The notes: a model not told the origin generated them from the letters alone. DNA of 64,000 bases from Zancudomyces culisetae HAW-14-8 (GCA_052426225.1 JBNJNM010000023.1:186001-250000); one strand, 5' to 3'; shown: positions 1-12,330, counted from the first letter of the stretch. Numbers and translations are program-made.

Positions 1-7
1 CTTTTAC

Positions 8-340
8 TAGAATAAGTTCAGTAAATTTAATAAAATTAAACTCGAAAAGGGATTGCATTTTACTTTGATAAAGACAATCCTGAACACCTGAGCCATAGTG
101 TGCTGGTACTTCTATAAAATAAAAAATAAGATAAAAAATAATCTAAAAGAAAATACCAATAACACATATGTTTTTGTTGTATTGAGGCAGTCATGAATAG
201 AAAATAAAAGAAGAAAAAACAAAAATGTAGGCACTTTAACAGCAAGCGCGTGCAACTCACCCCAAGGTAGAGCAATACCTTTCGGTTCAAAATTGTGAGT
301 GATGTATAGCCAATTTTACCTCAAAAAGAAAATAATGACC
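8..340 (-). CDS. Possible internal exons of a spliced gene running off the left edge; product unknown
   Basis: Minus-strand donor GTGAGT at 260 with pyrimidine-rich TAG acceptor at 112. A weaker second intron may span 63..8. The spliced reading ...NRKVLLYLG|KYQHTMAQVFRIVFIK is open. No recognisable motif. Confidence 0.25.
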
Positions 341-750
341 TATTAACAAAACTGTATAAATAAAAGACATGCTCTTTTAGTATACGTCTATCTATACCAC
401 TTTTCAAGTATATCAATACAAAGCATTAAAACTTATCAATAATTACATTTTGCGTTTTACAATTTGTTTACTTTTAACCATACCAACAACTGATTCTACT
501 AGTAGTGTTTGATTTGGGAAAAGAAAAAAGAAGAGAAAAGAGAGATATGGATTCTGTAAACAAAAATAGTAAGTTTTTGGTTACGAATGTCACTGTTACT
601 GTTTTATATTCACAATATATTTCTTGAACTTGTTCAGAAGTAATAATGATAATAATAATAAAGATTTTTCTACCTATATGATTAAAAAAATAATTATAAG
701 CCCCGATAAAGGCGGTATATACAAATTAAGACCAATGTCATAAATAACAG

Positions 751-3048
751 CCAACAACTTGCATTCAATTAGAGCTTTCAGATTACATTGGACTAAAAGC
801 AAAGCTATCGAGGATACTTGCATCATACTCATTTGTGTTGATCATATACTACATTGTTAGAGTAGTACAGTTGGGCAGAAAGATTCAAACTGATATTGAA
901 AATGGAGCTGCGTTAATAAATTCATATTGTCAATCTATGGATAATGGGATCAAGTCCATATTAAATTTACCATTACTAGGAACGGTTGGAGCAATATCCT
1001 TTGCGGAAAAGACTGTAGCTGATACAGAGGACTTGGTCATAAAAAGTTTAAGGTTGGGGGCTAAAGTAGTCGAAGAGGTAACTCAGCTTCTGCTTAAATA
1101 TTACTTTGGAACTACTATTTGTATGGCAAGAATGGTGGTAGAGTCAAGTCTGAATGCATTGAGTCAGGGAGCAAAGGAACTAGAAGGATTAGCAAATGGA
1201 GCGATCAATAGCATAATTAAGGATTTACAAAACAGCGTTAGCACTGTGACCAAGGGCATAACCGATGCAAGTAAAGGGGTAAGCAACATACTGGAAAGTA
1301 TAAACTCGAGCTGGAAAATACCGAGTTTTAACATCACAGACTCTTCGTTTGCAACATCCAACATCAGCGTAAATATTTCAGCAACCGAACTGGTAAACAA
1401 AATCAATAAACTCGTGGATATAATTCCCACTGAAGACCAGCTATATGGAAATATCACTAAATACCTGGAAGCAGATCCCCTTTCTAGTGGGATATCAAAG
1501 ATTGAGGATTTTTTCAAGGCAAACAGACTTCAAATAGATACAAGATCCATTATAGAAAGACAGTTTACCGAAATAAACATTTGTCCGGTAGATCTTGGCG
1601 AAAAGATTGTTGGCATAAAAAAGTCATCGTCATCGATATCGCTGATGGGGATGGCTACGACTATGGTCAATGTGAGCTGTGCCATACTGCTTTTTACATC
1701 TATTATAATATTGATAATATCATGCTATTACACAAAAAAGCAACATTCGCTAGAGATTGAGCAAATTACAAAATTGGAAAGAGATATGAATTATTATACT
1801 GCAACTAGGTATCCAACATCAATACCTTTTGAGTTGATACATTCTTCTGCAGATGATAATGAAGATAGATGTAAATATTATAAAAATACCAAGGGTGGTG
1901 TTGAGAAAAACTATAAAAATCCAGAGTGTGAAGATATAATGGGGATGAGTAACCATTCTTGTGAAGGTGGCTTTTCAAAAATATTGAAAAGCCCTTCAAA
2001 GAGCATAATTACACTTAGAAATCCAACACCGAAAAAAGAGAAAAACAAGAAAAGTAGCTCGATGGGCAGTTTTGACCCAGCAATACTGGATATATTTTAT
2101 TTACCTACTAGCAGAGTACTGAGAGCGGCAAAAAAAATTGGATCGAGAATTGGATCAAAAAATTCACAAAACTCAGTAAGGTTGAGATGGTTTGTTCATT
2201 ATATCAACAGTCCCAAAGTGTTTGGGTTGTTTTTGATGGGTCTAATGGGTATCTTAGTCTCCTCTCTTCAAATAAAAACAATACGACACATACAGCGACA
2301 GGTAACGCCGCAGATTGCATTGGAACTTGACACGTACATAAACAGCACATACTCTGGGGTTTTGGAAAGTGTAAATCGCCAACTGATTTACGACTTGGTA
2401 AATCCAGTAAACACTGATTTAGAAAAATACGAACAGAGAATAAACGGGTACTTTGGCAACAAAACGGTTGAAAATATCTCGGGGGACATCAATAAAACGT
2501 TGGACCAGTTTGTAGGTCTGTATAGATCTGGTATAGAAAAAGCATTTAATGGCACAATACTCTTGGAGCCGCTTATTATGGGAATGGTTGATTGCACAAT
2601 AACACGGAAAATTCAAAGTGTTCAAGGGTTTTTTAACTTGATGTATAACCAATATTCCAGCGTTCTCGTTGACTTGAACAATATTACCCTACCAAGGATA
2701 CCAATAGACGCACTGGAGCATAACTCTGCCATCAATGCAATTTTAACAAACAATGTAGATGACCTTTTATTTACAAAACCATTGGCCTCATCATTTAAAA
2801 AGTTCAAAAAGTTGCTCGTTGGCAGAGAGAGTACTGATTATAAAAATGATAGTAGCACTGATACTGGCGATACCCCTGGTGATGAGGATAGGTTTGGTGG
2901 GTATAGTGGGGGTCTGATCAAATTAATAACCGAATCCATTTTATCTACAGTATATAACCAACTGTATGACAGTATTTTTCTAACCATTCCTTATATACTT
3001 TTAGTTATTTTTGGATTTACGACTGTAGTTTTTTCGTTTTTCGCCTGA
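751..3048 (+). CDS. PRM1: Plasma membrane fusion protein Prm1; true start probably in an upstream exon (candidate ATG 547, donor GTAAGT 569; structure unresolved)
   Basis: The frame is open from 751 and gives DYIGLKAKLSRI, matching the Prm1 N-terminal YLGLxARLS motif. Multiple TM segments, a conserved-looking Cys pattern (C..M, TTICM, DCTITRKI) and many NxS/T sequons. Confidence 0.8.
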   Translation, partial: PTTCIQLELSDYIGLKAKLSRILASYSFVLIIYYIVRVVQLGRKIQTDIENGAALINSYCQSMDNGIKSILNLPLLGTVGAISFAEKTVADTEDLVIKSLRLGAKVVEEVTQLLLKYYFGTTICMARMVVESSLNALSQGAKELEGLANGAINSIIKDLQNSVSTVTKGITDASKGVSNILESINSSWKIPSFNITDSSFATSNISVNISATELVNKINKLVDIIPTEDQLYGNITKYLEADPLSSGISKIEDFFKANRLQIDTRSIIERQFTEINICPVDLGEKIVGIKKSSSSISLMGMATTMVNVSCAILLFTSIIILIISCYYTKKQHSLEIEQITKLERDMNYYTATRYPTSIPFELIHSSADDNEDRCKYYKNTKGGVEKNYKNPECEDIMGMSNHSCEGGFSKILKSPSKSIITLRNPTPKKEKNKKSSSMGSFDPAILDIFYLPTSRVLRAAKKIGSRIGSKNSQNSVRLRWFVHYINSPKVFGLFLMGLMGILVSSLQIKTIRHIQRQVTPQIALELDTYINSTYSGVLESVNRQLIYDLVNPVNTDLEKYEQRINGYFGNKTVENISGDINKTLDQFVGLYRSGIEKAFNGTILLEPLIMGMVDCTITRKIQSVQGFFNLMYNQYSSVLVDLNNITLPRIPIDALEHNSAINAILTNNVDDLLFTKPLASSFKKFKKLLVGRESTDYKNDSSTDTGDTPGDEDRFGGYSGGLIKLITESILSTVYNQLYDSIFLTIPYILLVIFGFTTVVFSFFA

Positions 3049-3818
3049 CCACCCAAACGTTTATATTATTTTTAGAACTAGAAGCAAGTAAAACTAAATT
3101 GTAGCATACAACATACGCCTAGAATATTGAAACTTGTGCTTTAATATTATTTATCCCTCTGCCTATCCATTTTTTTTTGAAAAAAAATAAATATAAATAA
3201 ATAGTAATAATAAGGAAAGGGTCTAGGCATATAATAGTGATCATCGAAGATCATTTTAAAGCACCGAGTGTCCCTTTTTTATTAACGTTTTTGCTATTCT
3301 CTATAGGGGATTTCATTTCTATTCGCAAAGACAAATTGGTTGGTTTATAGCGTGTTTGTAAAACATAACAAGAAAAGAGGGATATGGCTGGAAATGAAAG
3401 CACTAATAAGTAATACCTACCTACTACATGCACCAAAAAATAAAATTAAAAAAATCTAGAGCACAGAGCATAAATGAATGCCAAAAAATGGTCAAATGGT
3501 AATGAATACATACAAAAGAGCACAGAATCTAAAATATTTGTGCGCTAGAAGCAAGAAATAGTAAAGGGGAAAGGTGGAGAGAAGGAGAGAAGGAGAGTGG
3601 GAAGGAAAAAAACTAAGTGTATTAACACTAAATATTTCTAAACAAGTCTAGTTTCTTTTTTTTACCACTTTCCAATATAAACGTTGGAATTTTCCCGTCA
3701 TGGCTGGCGGTAAGGGAATAAATATATTTATAATACAGATATTATAAAAATAATATCAAAAGAAAACAAAACGAAACGAAAAAAAGAAAAGAAAAGAAAA
3801 GAAAAAATACGGTACAAA

Positions 3819-4438
3819 ATGAGTTGGGGTATATTCAGCAAAGATTCGCTATTCTCGTTACTAAACGTCATGGGTATTTTGATGTTCTCAACAATAGTCG
3901 TAACATCGGTTAATGGCGAACCTATTCAGTTTTTACAGACTAATGATGTGTATAAGCTTCATAAAGGATTCTGGGTAGTAAACTATCATTTAGCAGGATA
4001 CAAGTATAGCGATAAAGGAGGTAAGTACCATATCCAATATACATATACAGATATTAAATCCCAAACGTTGATGTTTATATTTGATTTGAAAACGATTTTG
4101 TTTTTATTATTTTTATTATTCCAAAAAAAAAAATTAAGGATGCAAGTTGGCTGAAAGAGCATTCATCAGTGTTGGGACACGTGAATAATGATAGATAAAA
4201 AACTAAATACATTCCTAACTACGGTATAGCTAAACTTTTTACAAAGGCCAGCAAAGACAAGAAGTATGAAAAAGTGAACTTTGCGTCATTCAATTGTTTG
4301 GACAATATTGACTACTGCTTTGCCAAGGGAATTTCAAAGTTTCCCAGCATAACCTTGGAACAGAAGGGGCGAATTAAAAGCAAGTTGCAAGGCGCACCCA
4401 GAGCTGTAGAACAAATCAAGCAATTTATCCAAAAATGA
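3819..4438 (+). CDS. Small secreted thioredoxin/PDI-fold protein lacking CxxC; exons 3819-4020, 4139-4180, 4230-4438
   Basis: Signal-peptide-like N-terminus. Introns GTAAGT(4021)..AG(4138) and GTGAAT(4181)..CTAAC..TAG(4229) join an open frame: FWVVNYH...GCKLAERAF...VNFASFNCLDNIDYCFAKGISKFPSITL, a Trx-fold pattern with the cis-Pro motif. Confidence 0.6.
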
Positions 4439-4906
4439 GTTGTGAAACACGAATGAATAGCAACAAGGTGGGTGAGAGGCGAGGAAGCAAGGAAGGAAGG
4501 AGGGTTATAAAAGACAGTTAGGTATATCCTCTGGCTTCGATCTCGCCTGCCTTCCGCTCATTCCTGTTTTTGTTCCTGTCTTGATCGTTTACTTTGGCTA
4601 TTTATTGCTTTTGTTCCTTTAAATAGACGGCAGATATGGCCACACTTTGTGAGAGGAGAAAGGTTTTGGTTTCTTTAAACAAATAATTTTGAGTTTATTT
4701 ACTAGTCGAGTAAGAAAGAGAAGAACTATATAATAAAACAGAAATACTATTACTAATACTACCACAGACAACAGGAATGCATATCTTAACTCATTTCCTC
4801 TCACACTGTGTCCACCTTTTACCAAAAAAAAAAAGAAAAAGAAAAAGATCAGGAAAAGTTAGCCCAGAATATATAAAAATAAAACAGAAAAAGGCAGTGG
4901 AACCAA

Positions 4907-5614
4907 TTAAGCACTATCCTGGGTGACGTCCTGAGAGACAGGCTCCTCGGGCGAGTGTAGATCAATTTCTTTTGTAGCAGTAGGAAGTTCGTCGTCATCA
5001 ACTTTGAATAAATGATCATTGAGCTGCTTGTTCATAGTGTACATATATAGGCGGTCAGTTTCAAACATGCCTTTGAATTTTTCGTCACATAGAATATAGC
5101 GTCTATCAACAGGATCTTGCATGTTGTGTTCTTTAATGTACTTCCATAAACCCTTCACAACATCAGTCCTTGGCATGTAGGTGCGATCAAAAAATGTACC
5201 AAGCTTTCTGCTGAGCTTCATGGGTTTGGAAAGACCTGTTTTTCTTTTTGGCTTGTCAGGATCTACTACGCGCTTTGCTCTTTTCTTTTTTCGGCCTTTC
5301 TCTTCTTTGGGTGGACGTCCACGCTGCTTCTTGCCTGCTGTCTCCCCTGCTCCTGCTTGTCTTCCTTTTCCGCTACTTCGCCCCTGTGATCCTCCTGTAG
5401 GATCACTATCATATGCTCCAGATCCTGATGCACCTTCGTGTATCCGATAAAACTGCTCCATAATGATCTTGTCAATTGTATCTTTTTGTTGTGCCAAGCT
5501 TATACCCAATTCATCTTCTAATCGTTTTCTAACACTTTTGGCTGTAACTGTTGATAAGTCTGATTTTATTAATATGTCCTTAATGCGCGGACCTAACGAT
5601 GTGACATCCACCAT
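4907..5614 (-). CDS. DEK-C + SWIB/MDM2 domain protein (UAF30/Tri1/Spp27-like)
   Basis: N-terminal DEK-C (IKDILIKSDLSTVTAKSVRKRLE), basic linker with AT-hook RGRPPK, C-terminal SWIB (PRTDVVKGLWKYIKEHNMQDP..RRYILCDEK). Confidence 0.9.
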   Translation of the reverse strand: MVDVTSLGPRIKDILIKSDLSTVTAKSVRKRLEDELGISLAQQKDTIDKIIMEQFYRIHEGASGSGAYDSDPTGGSQGRSSGKGRQAGAGETAGKKQRGRPPKEEKGRKKKRAKRVVDPDKPKRKTGLSKPMKLSRKLGTFFDRTYMPRTDVVKGLWKYIKEHNMQDPVDRRYILCDEKFKGMFETDRLYMYTMNKQLNDHLFKVDDDELPTATKEIDLHSPEEPVSQDVTQDSA

Positions 5615-7599
5615 TTTTTATTTATCGCCTATTTATTATGCGTATATCTCTTGTTATTTTCCAACTCTAAAGCAAACTGGGTTCTAGTTTTATTTTTATC
5701 AACTGCTTTATTGTTATTGTATTCCCAATAGAAGGTCCTTTACTCCTTTATGACTCTTTTCAAAGCGTAAATACAGGTACACAGAATAATCAAAAAGGAA
5801 AACTGTTTAATATTATACTCCAATTTACCTCTTTTTTTTGCTTCGTTGGCTTTATACCTGTGGAGGCAATATCGTTGTTTAAAAAAAGATCGAAAGTATA
5901 CTTAGATTTCCACTTTACTTTCAGCAAATAGTTGCTGTCCCTGTTATCGCGCTTTTATTGAATAATTCTTTTTCTGATATACTCAATGTTATCCCGCAAG
6001 TACCTAATATTACAGCCTTGTAAAAAAATTTGAGAAAAGATAATATTACTTTGCTGTATACACTAAATTTTTTATACAAGCACAGATATATCAAATCGTC
6101 TCTTGCCAGCAAAAAAAATTAAAAAAGTAAAAGTTTAAGCTTTGTAAAGTGTAAGGTTGTGGAAATAGTATTATATATTTATATTCAAATAGGAATTTTA
6201 GAAATATTTTGAAGGAAAAATGATATGCATTCACACTCATTTACAATTCAGAAATAACAATACATATTTCATTAGCTATGTTTAATAATCTTCGCAATTT
6301 AAATTTTACTTTCGACATTATTTGTAATTTTCAAAATGAACACGCACAAAATGATGAGTAACAACACCACAATTCTAAATGCAAATTTCGTGATTTCAAT
6401 TTTTCATACTTACAAGTGAATAAAAAAAATCAGATGTGGATTACAACTACCAATCAAAACGCGTAAAACTTTTTACTTTTTAATTAGTGAAAATATAAAA
6501 ACGATTTTGGCTATTCTATTATAATTCAATTTTTTTTCCTGTTAATTTGGCGCATAAAGTAATAATGGTGTCATTTATTTTTTTATTTTTTTGGTGCCTA
6601 AAATGTATTCCAAACTACCAATTCAAAAATACATGCACTTTTTCTTTATACATTTTTAATAATTGAATAACAAATCTTGTTTTATTCTCCAATCTGCCTT
6701 CCTTGATTACTACAAAGCATACCAATTCCACTAAAACAATCAAGACATCCCAACCTAATTATTTACTGCTTAATTTTCAAATCAATGAAAATCTATAACA
6801 GCAGTAAATGCAAGGGGCTCTTTTAAGCGGCAAGAGATTTTGTCTTTGATGATTCCATTATTTTTATTTTCTTTTTAACGTGGGGGGTTTTTATCAGCAG
6901 CTCTTTTTTCCGCATTAGGCGGGTTTAGCTTTTAGATTGTATACCCATTTTGCTATATATGTTATTCCTGAACCCCTGTGTCCTTCAAAGGCACATACTA
7001 ATCCAAAAGATCTAAACCCACCATTGCCTTTCTCTACTCCTTTTTCTCCAACTCCACCTTATACAAAAAAAAAATAAAGCCATATATCTATATATGGAGT
7101 TTAGCTTTTGTCTACAACAAAATGTGTTTTAAATAGATGTAATTACAAACTCGTTTATATATAGACATATTTATTGCCAGAGTGGCAATACTACAAATAA
7201 CAATGCCCGTTTTGAAAAAGCGCAAATAAAAAGTATTTAAATGCTTTTTTTCATCTCTAAGCATAAATTACCAACAAGTCATGTTAGAATACTATTGGAT
7301 AGATTTCTAAAGTGTTGCTTGGTCGATTTTTTTATTACCTTTTTAATTTACAATTATACAGCTATTACTTTAATGCTGGTAAACTTTTACCCCTTATTTT
7401 GGTTTAAAGCTAGTCAATAACAATGTTGCTTTGCTTTGTATTATGATTGCTATTTATTCTTTACAATATTTGTTTAGCAAAAAATAAATACATCTGAAAA
7501 TAAGAGTGAAAGAAAATAATAAAAAAGTGTGATGCGAAAAATGAAAAACGAAAAAAAAAATCAAATTGAACATTAAACCTAAAACTACTATTACTATTG

Positions 7600-7648
7600 G
7601 TAAGTTCGAAATATGCTCTTATTATTTCATTTGCTAACATTTCAACAG
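7600..7648 (+). other. Canonical 49-nt spliceosomal intron with no associated ORF (candidate non-coding transcript)
   Basis: GTAAGT 7600-7605, branch GCTAAC 7633-7638, CAG 7646-7648. Confidence 0.55.
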
Positions 7649-8574
7649 AGAAATCCGAACATCCCCTCATCATTTCTCCTCCCCAATCTGAAATCAAGTG
7701 GAAAACAAATTACCCACAAAAAAAAACATTATGAAAATTCTCAACTCTATTATACTACACTACAGACTCGGCTCAGATCAATAATAATAACAACAAACAA
7801 ACAAACAAACAATCAGCTTGTGAAATACTTTTTTTTGGTTTAGTATTCGCTTGATCAGTGCTGATGTTCGCTCTTTTGCACATAAAAAAACCTAAAAAAA
7901 GCGAAGGGATGGTAAACAATTTCAGGACATCGATCCTAGATAATCGCACTGATTTTTTCATGAGACTATTTCGCAAGAGTTGGGGTACCTGGTACCACTA
8001 ATACAGCACAGGAGCAAAACCTTCATTCTTATAAACTGTAAATGACAACCCAATGCCCCCACACCACCCACACCACTCCTCCTTTCTCTTCTTCCTTGGT
8101 GATTAAAAGCCGAAGGCTTGGTGAACGTTAAAAATGACACTGATTATCATTCCTAGCTGTTCAAACTTGGACAATCTTTGCATTATCAGGCACTATACTT
8201 CTTGATACAAAATTTTTGTGTGTAAATAAATGCACTTTTCTGTTTTTTATTTATTTATGAGAAAGAATGGAAAAAGGAAATAGTTTCCATACTTGGAATC
8301 TAAATATACTAAGAATACGATTGTATTCAACCCGCAACTTTTCCTAGTACAAGAAAATAATAACCTCACACTGCTACAATACAAAAATCCGACCTCGTTG
8401 AAAAAAAACTGGCTATAACAAATATCACAACACCTCTTCCTCCTCTTTGTATGAGTAAATCGGGTTTGTAGGTTTATCATACCAGTGACTTTTAATAGGG
8501 GTTTCTTTTTTTCTTTAAAAAAAAAAAATACTTTATTTAGATAGTTATAGATTTAAAAGCTGAACAATAGAAAA

Positions 8575-9250
8575 TTAATCAACCTCATCAACACTTGCTG
8601 AGTTTGGAGCCTCAGTCTCTGGAGTCTCTACGAGCTTTGGAACATCATCAACATCGGCAATATCATCAGCACCCATGTCTCTGGCTTGGTATTCCTCAGC
8701 CAAGCGGCGGAGATTTGCTAGAGAATCTGAACCTAGTTGTGAAAGAATTCCTGGGAAGAGTTCTGAGATTTCTTTCTCTTGACCATCACCATTAATTACA
8801 AATGTGTTGGCTCCGGCGTTGGCACTCACTATAAAAAAAAGGACAGTCATAAAATATGAATAAGGTATCAAGAATGCTTGTCTTGGTCTCCGCCTAATAC
8901 TGTTGTTGTTGGTGTTGCCATCACAGCTTTTTTTCCTCAACACTCACCAACGCAAACAACCCTATAAGATCATGTAAATATATATACCATCACCTACCTT
9001 TAGGTGCGTCAAAATGGATTATCTTTCCATCTTGTCTAAACATATTGACTTCGTCGATTCCGGAAAGAGGATGTGGGTCGATTTTCTTAAGAAGTGGTGC
9101 AATCTTTTTGTCGGCGTCTGCGCCCTTTGATGCTGATGAGGCCTGACCAGTGGCTGCTGGCTTTCCACCTTTGTAGACCTTTCTGCGGGGTGTTCCCTTA
9201 CCGCCAATTCTGGCTTGTGATTGAAGTTCTGCTAGTTTTTTGTTGTTCAT
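8575..9250 (-). CDS. EGD1: Nascent polypeptide-associated complex subunit beta (BTF3); exons 9250-8998 and 8828-8575
   Basis: [25 protein letters not shown]|[30 protein letters not shown]. Intron GTAGGT(8997)..TAG(8829) restores the frame. Confidence 0.95.
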
Positions 9251-9261
9251 TTTCTATTTTC

Positions 9262-9497
9262 CTAGTATGTAAAACAAATGTACCTAATTAGCAATGTATT
9301 TCAGTTCAATCTTGTGCAATAATATTATAAGATTAGTATCAATGTTTTGATCATCGGGATTCTAGTTGTTTGAATTTTTCTTTTCACTGGAAAAGCAGAA
9401 AACAATAAACAAACAAACTGATCGTTCTCGGATCCAAAACCATCTTCAATACTTGTCGTTCATTTCAAAAATATATTGATCCTCGCATCTAACTTAC
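9262..9497 (-). other. 5'-UTR intron of EGD1
   Basis: GTAAGT donor at 9497, GCTAAT branch ~9290, TAG acceptor at 9262, 11 nt before the ATG. Confidence 0.65.
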
Positions 9498-11489
9498 GTT
9501 CACTTTCACAATTCAATTCGCGACTAGTGTTGATTATCTTTTGAATTTTTTTTAGCACTACCTTTTCTCTTTAAAGAGGGGGGGAAAGGAAGGTCAACTA
9601 AGAGGCAATCATAATGGAAAAATTTTTTTTTTACGAAATTTTGCTCTACCTTTGAACCCTGCATTATTTTTCTTTGTTTTTTTTTGCTTCCTTTTGATTT
9701 TTGATTTTTGATTTTTCGCTTTTGATTTGGTGACCACGATTACATCCCAGCGAATGAATGTCCAGATTTATTCGCCTTTTAGCTATCACAGCTTTTGCTT
9801 AATGGGGTAGGTTTGCTAAGGGACTTGTAAGCATTCAAAGTGTGCCTGGGCCATAACACCATCTACCTTTTAGCCACTCTGATTTTGTTATGTTCAAAAA
9901 CAATATATTACAAGGTTACTTTTTCTTCAAACCCCTATTCGCCTTATTATAGACTGATGATAAACCTACCATCACCAAAACAAAGGGTTGATTTTATTCT
10001 ATGCGATTCCATCTCATAGCTCAAATAGGCCGACTTACCCTCCTTTATATATTAATTTATACAATCAAAATATGACATGATAAATAGTACAGGTACATTT
10101 ATTTTATACCACTGTGCATAACAAATGTCTCAAAAAAAAAAGAAACATGGGTGGAACTCAGCTGATTATACATCCCTTTCATGCCCAAAAGCTCCTCTTC
10201 GGCTATAGCTGAAAAGCTTTCATCTTAAACAAAGAGTATAGAACCGTATTGTTCTTAAAATGTGACGATACATGAACTAACTATTTAGATACGTTGTATA
10301 GCGAGGAAAAAAATCCAGCAGTCGTATCAGATTTTGGTATAATTGCGAATGTCCACGCGTATTCTCTTATGCTCAAACGATGTGGGTTTTATTATCAAAG
10401 AACGTTGGTTCGTTTATATATCCAAAGAACATGGTACCATAACTATTCAAACTTCTAGGCGAGTCTTTGTGGTTCACGTAGACTTAGCTTAATGGTCTGT
10501 ATAATATACCAAAATACAAGAATAACTTTTTTTACCCACTCTCTTTAGCACCATAACCTAACATATGAATGCTCAAGAAGTTAATCACAAAGATATAGGC
10601 GCTTCTATTTGTAAAATCGGTGCTACCTTGGGGTTAGCTTTTTTTTCGAACTAGACTCCTGTTCTGGAATGAAGGATTTCAAAGCACATAATGGTATTTT
10701 TTAAACAAAGCTTCTTTTCGACATTTTTTGTAAAGTAGATGGAATGTTTTGTTCATATCATTATACCGGGATTTATTGTGTGAACTGAACTAATGTGTAC
10801 TATATTCTAACATTCGTGTTAGTGGGTGCATTGCATAACTGTTTTTTTGTGAGACGTTGGTGAAAAAGAAATATATTTCCTGGGTTACGCTAGCAGACGG
10901 AAAAAAATTTTCAAATTATATTGTTCTATATATGAACGCAGTATTCAATAAAGTTTGCATATTTGCGTTAAAATGCCCATTTTTTTGGAGGGGGGGGCTA
11001 TTTTCCTGTTTATTGTATTCCTAAACTCTGAAAAATGTCATATTTGTGGTACTGACATCATACCAACTGTACTTTAAAATATTTTTGCTGTTTTAAACCA
11101 CGAGTGTTGATAAATTAAAATAAAATATCGACTGATCAAATTTAACCAATATTTTCATTTAACTAATAATATATCAACGAAAGGGAAAATAAATAAATAA
11201 GAGATGTAGGTTGAGGATGGTACGGTAGGACAGTGTATTGTTTGATTCGGTTAAAGGGTGGAGAATTAAAAATATAGCGACGCTGGTTTTTCATCTAGCC
11301 GGTGCTGTTTGCTTTTTCAGGAGAATTGTGTATTGTGTTTGACCACCACCAACTAATTATGTTATTTTAAAATGCAAAATCAGCAACAAAAAAAAACACA
11401 AACACCAAACCTAAATTCTATGTACGTCAGTGGGAGTGAGATCAACTATTGTGCATTCTAATATAACCTTGGACAAAATCGGTTACAGG

Positions 11490-12330
11490 AGGGTAATTGG
11501 AAAATTCTACGTGTAAGGGTAAAGATAGGGGTAAGGGTATGTGTGTTTCCATCTTTACATTCGAGTCATCCTTTTCTGGGTATGTTGTGGAGATATACTT
11601 TAGAACATCATGATGGAAAGACCTTATGAATGAATTGACGTCTTTGTATCACCAGGACTAACATTAGATTGTGACTTAGGCATAGCTTAGCAGCCAAAAA
11701 GCTGATATTCTAGTGGTTGAGTTGTGTCATACTATTTGGCACTCATGCAGAAAAGTTTCAAGGATATTAAGATTATATTAAAACATACCTGAGTGTAACA
11801 CTACATCTTTCTAGAAAAATCACACAGCTCTAGCACAAGATGGTTTTATTCGTCAGCTCATTAAAATTCAAATCATATTTTTTACATAAATAATTTTAAA
11901 TCCCATGGTTGATGCGATAAATGGAGATTAAAGGCTGAGAAATAGGTGCAAACAGCCATATTTAAAAAGCTGTTAACAATTATTGTCAAACTCTATCTTA
12001 CAGAAAGATGAGGATGGGGAGGGTGAAGTACAATATGGTGTGGCGGTACAGGGTGGAATACGGTGGTTTTCAGAGCTAGTCCAAATGAATATAATCACTA
12101 TGTTAAGCAATCATACCAGGGAAATGCACATTTTTAATGTACCAACTCGTGACCAGACAACTCTGGGAGGCATTCACTGCCAAAAAACTATCTAAAAAGT
12201 ATTTTTTTTGTAAAAACGGAAAATCGCTTGTCATATTCTCGATTACTTGAGACTCTGAAAGTATTTGTGCACTACTATTGAATAGCGCCAATCAAAGTGA
12301 GGACGGAGCACTTAAAAGTTAAATGAAACT
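11490..12330 (+). mobile_element. Two degenerate Merlin (IS1595/ISXO2-like) DDE transposase relics
   Basis: Frameshifted fragments in the expected order. Second copy: IGANSHI..QKDE..MGRVKYN..GVAVQG..W..REMHIFNVPTRDQTTL..SYSRL..HLKVK. First copy: HDGKTL..IDVFVSPGLTLDCD..THAEKF. Compare Merlin IGG.G.IVEIDES..GKRKYNRG..V.G.WVFG..VP.R...TL..PGS.I.SD..NHS..F. No terminal inverted repeats identified. Confidence 0.45.

Noticed and set aside
4139-4190. TGA codons near the Trx-like active-site region as possible selenocysteine, since some early-diverging fungi use Sec
   Set aside because: The TGAs are not in the frame that joins the downstream Trx-fold exon, and no convincing SECIS was seen.
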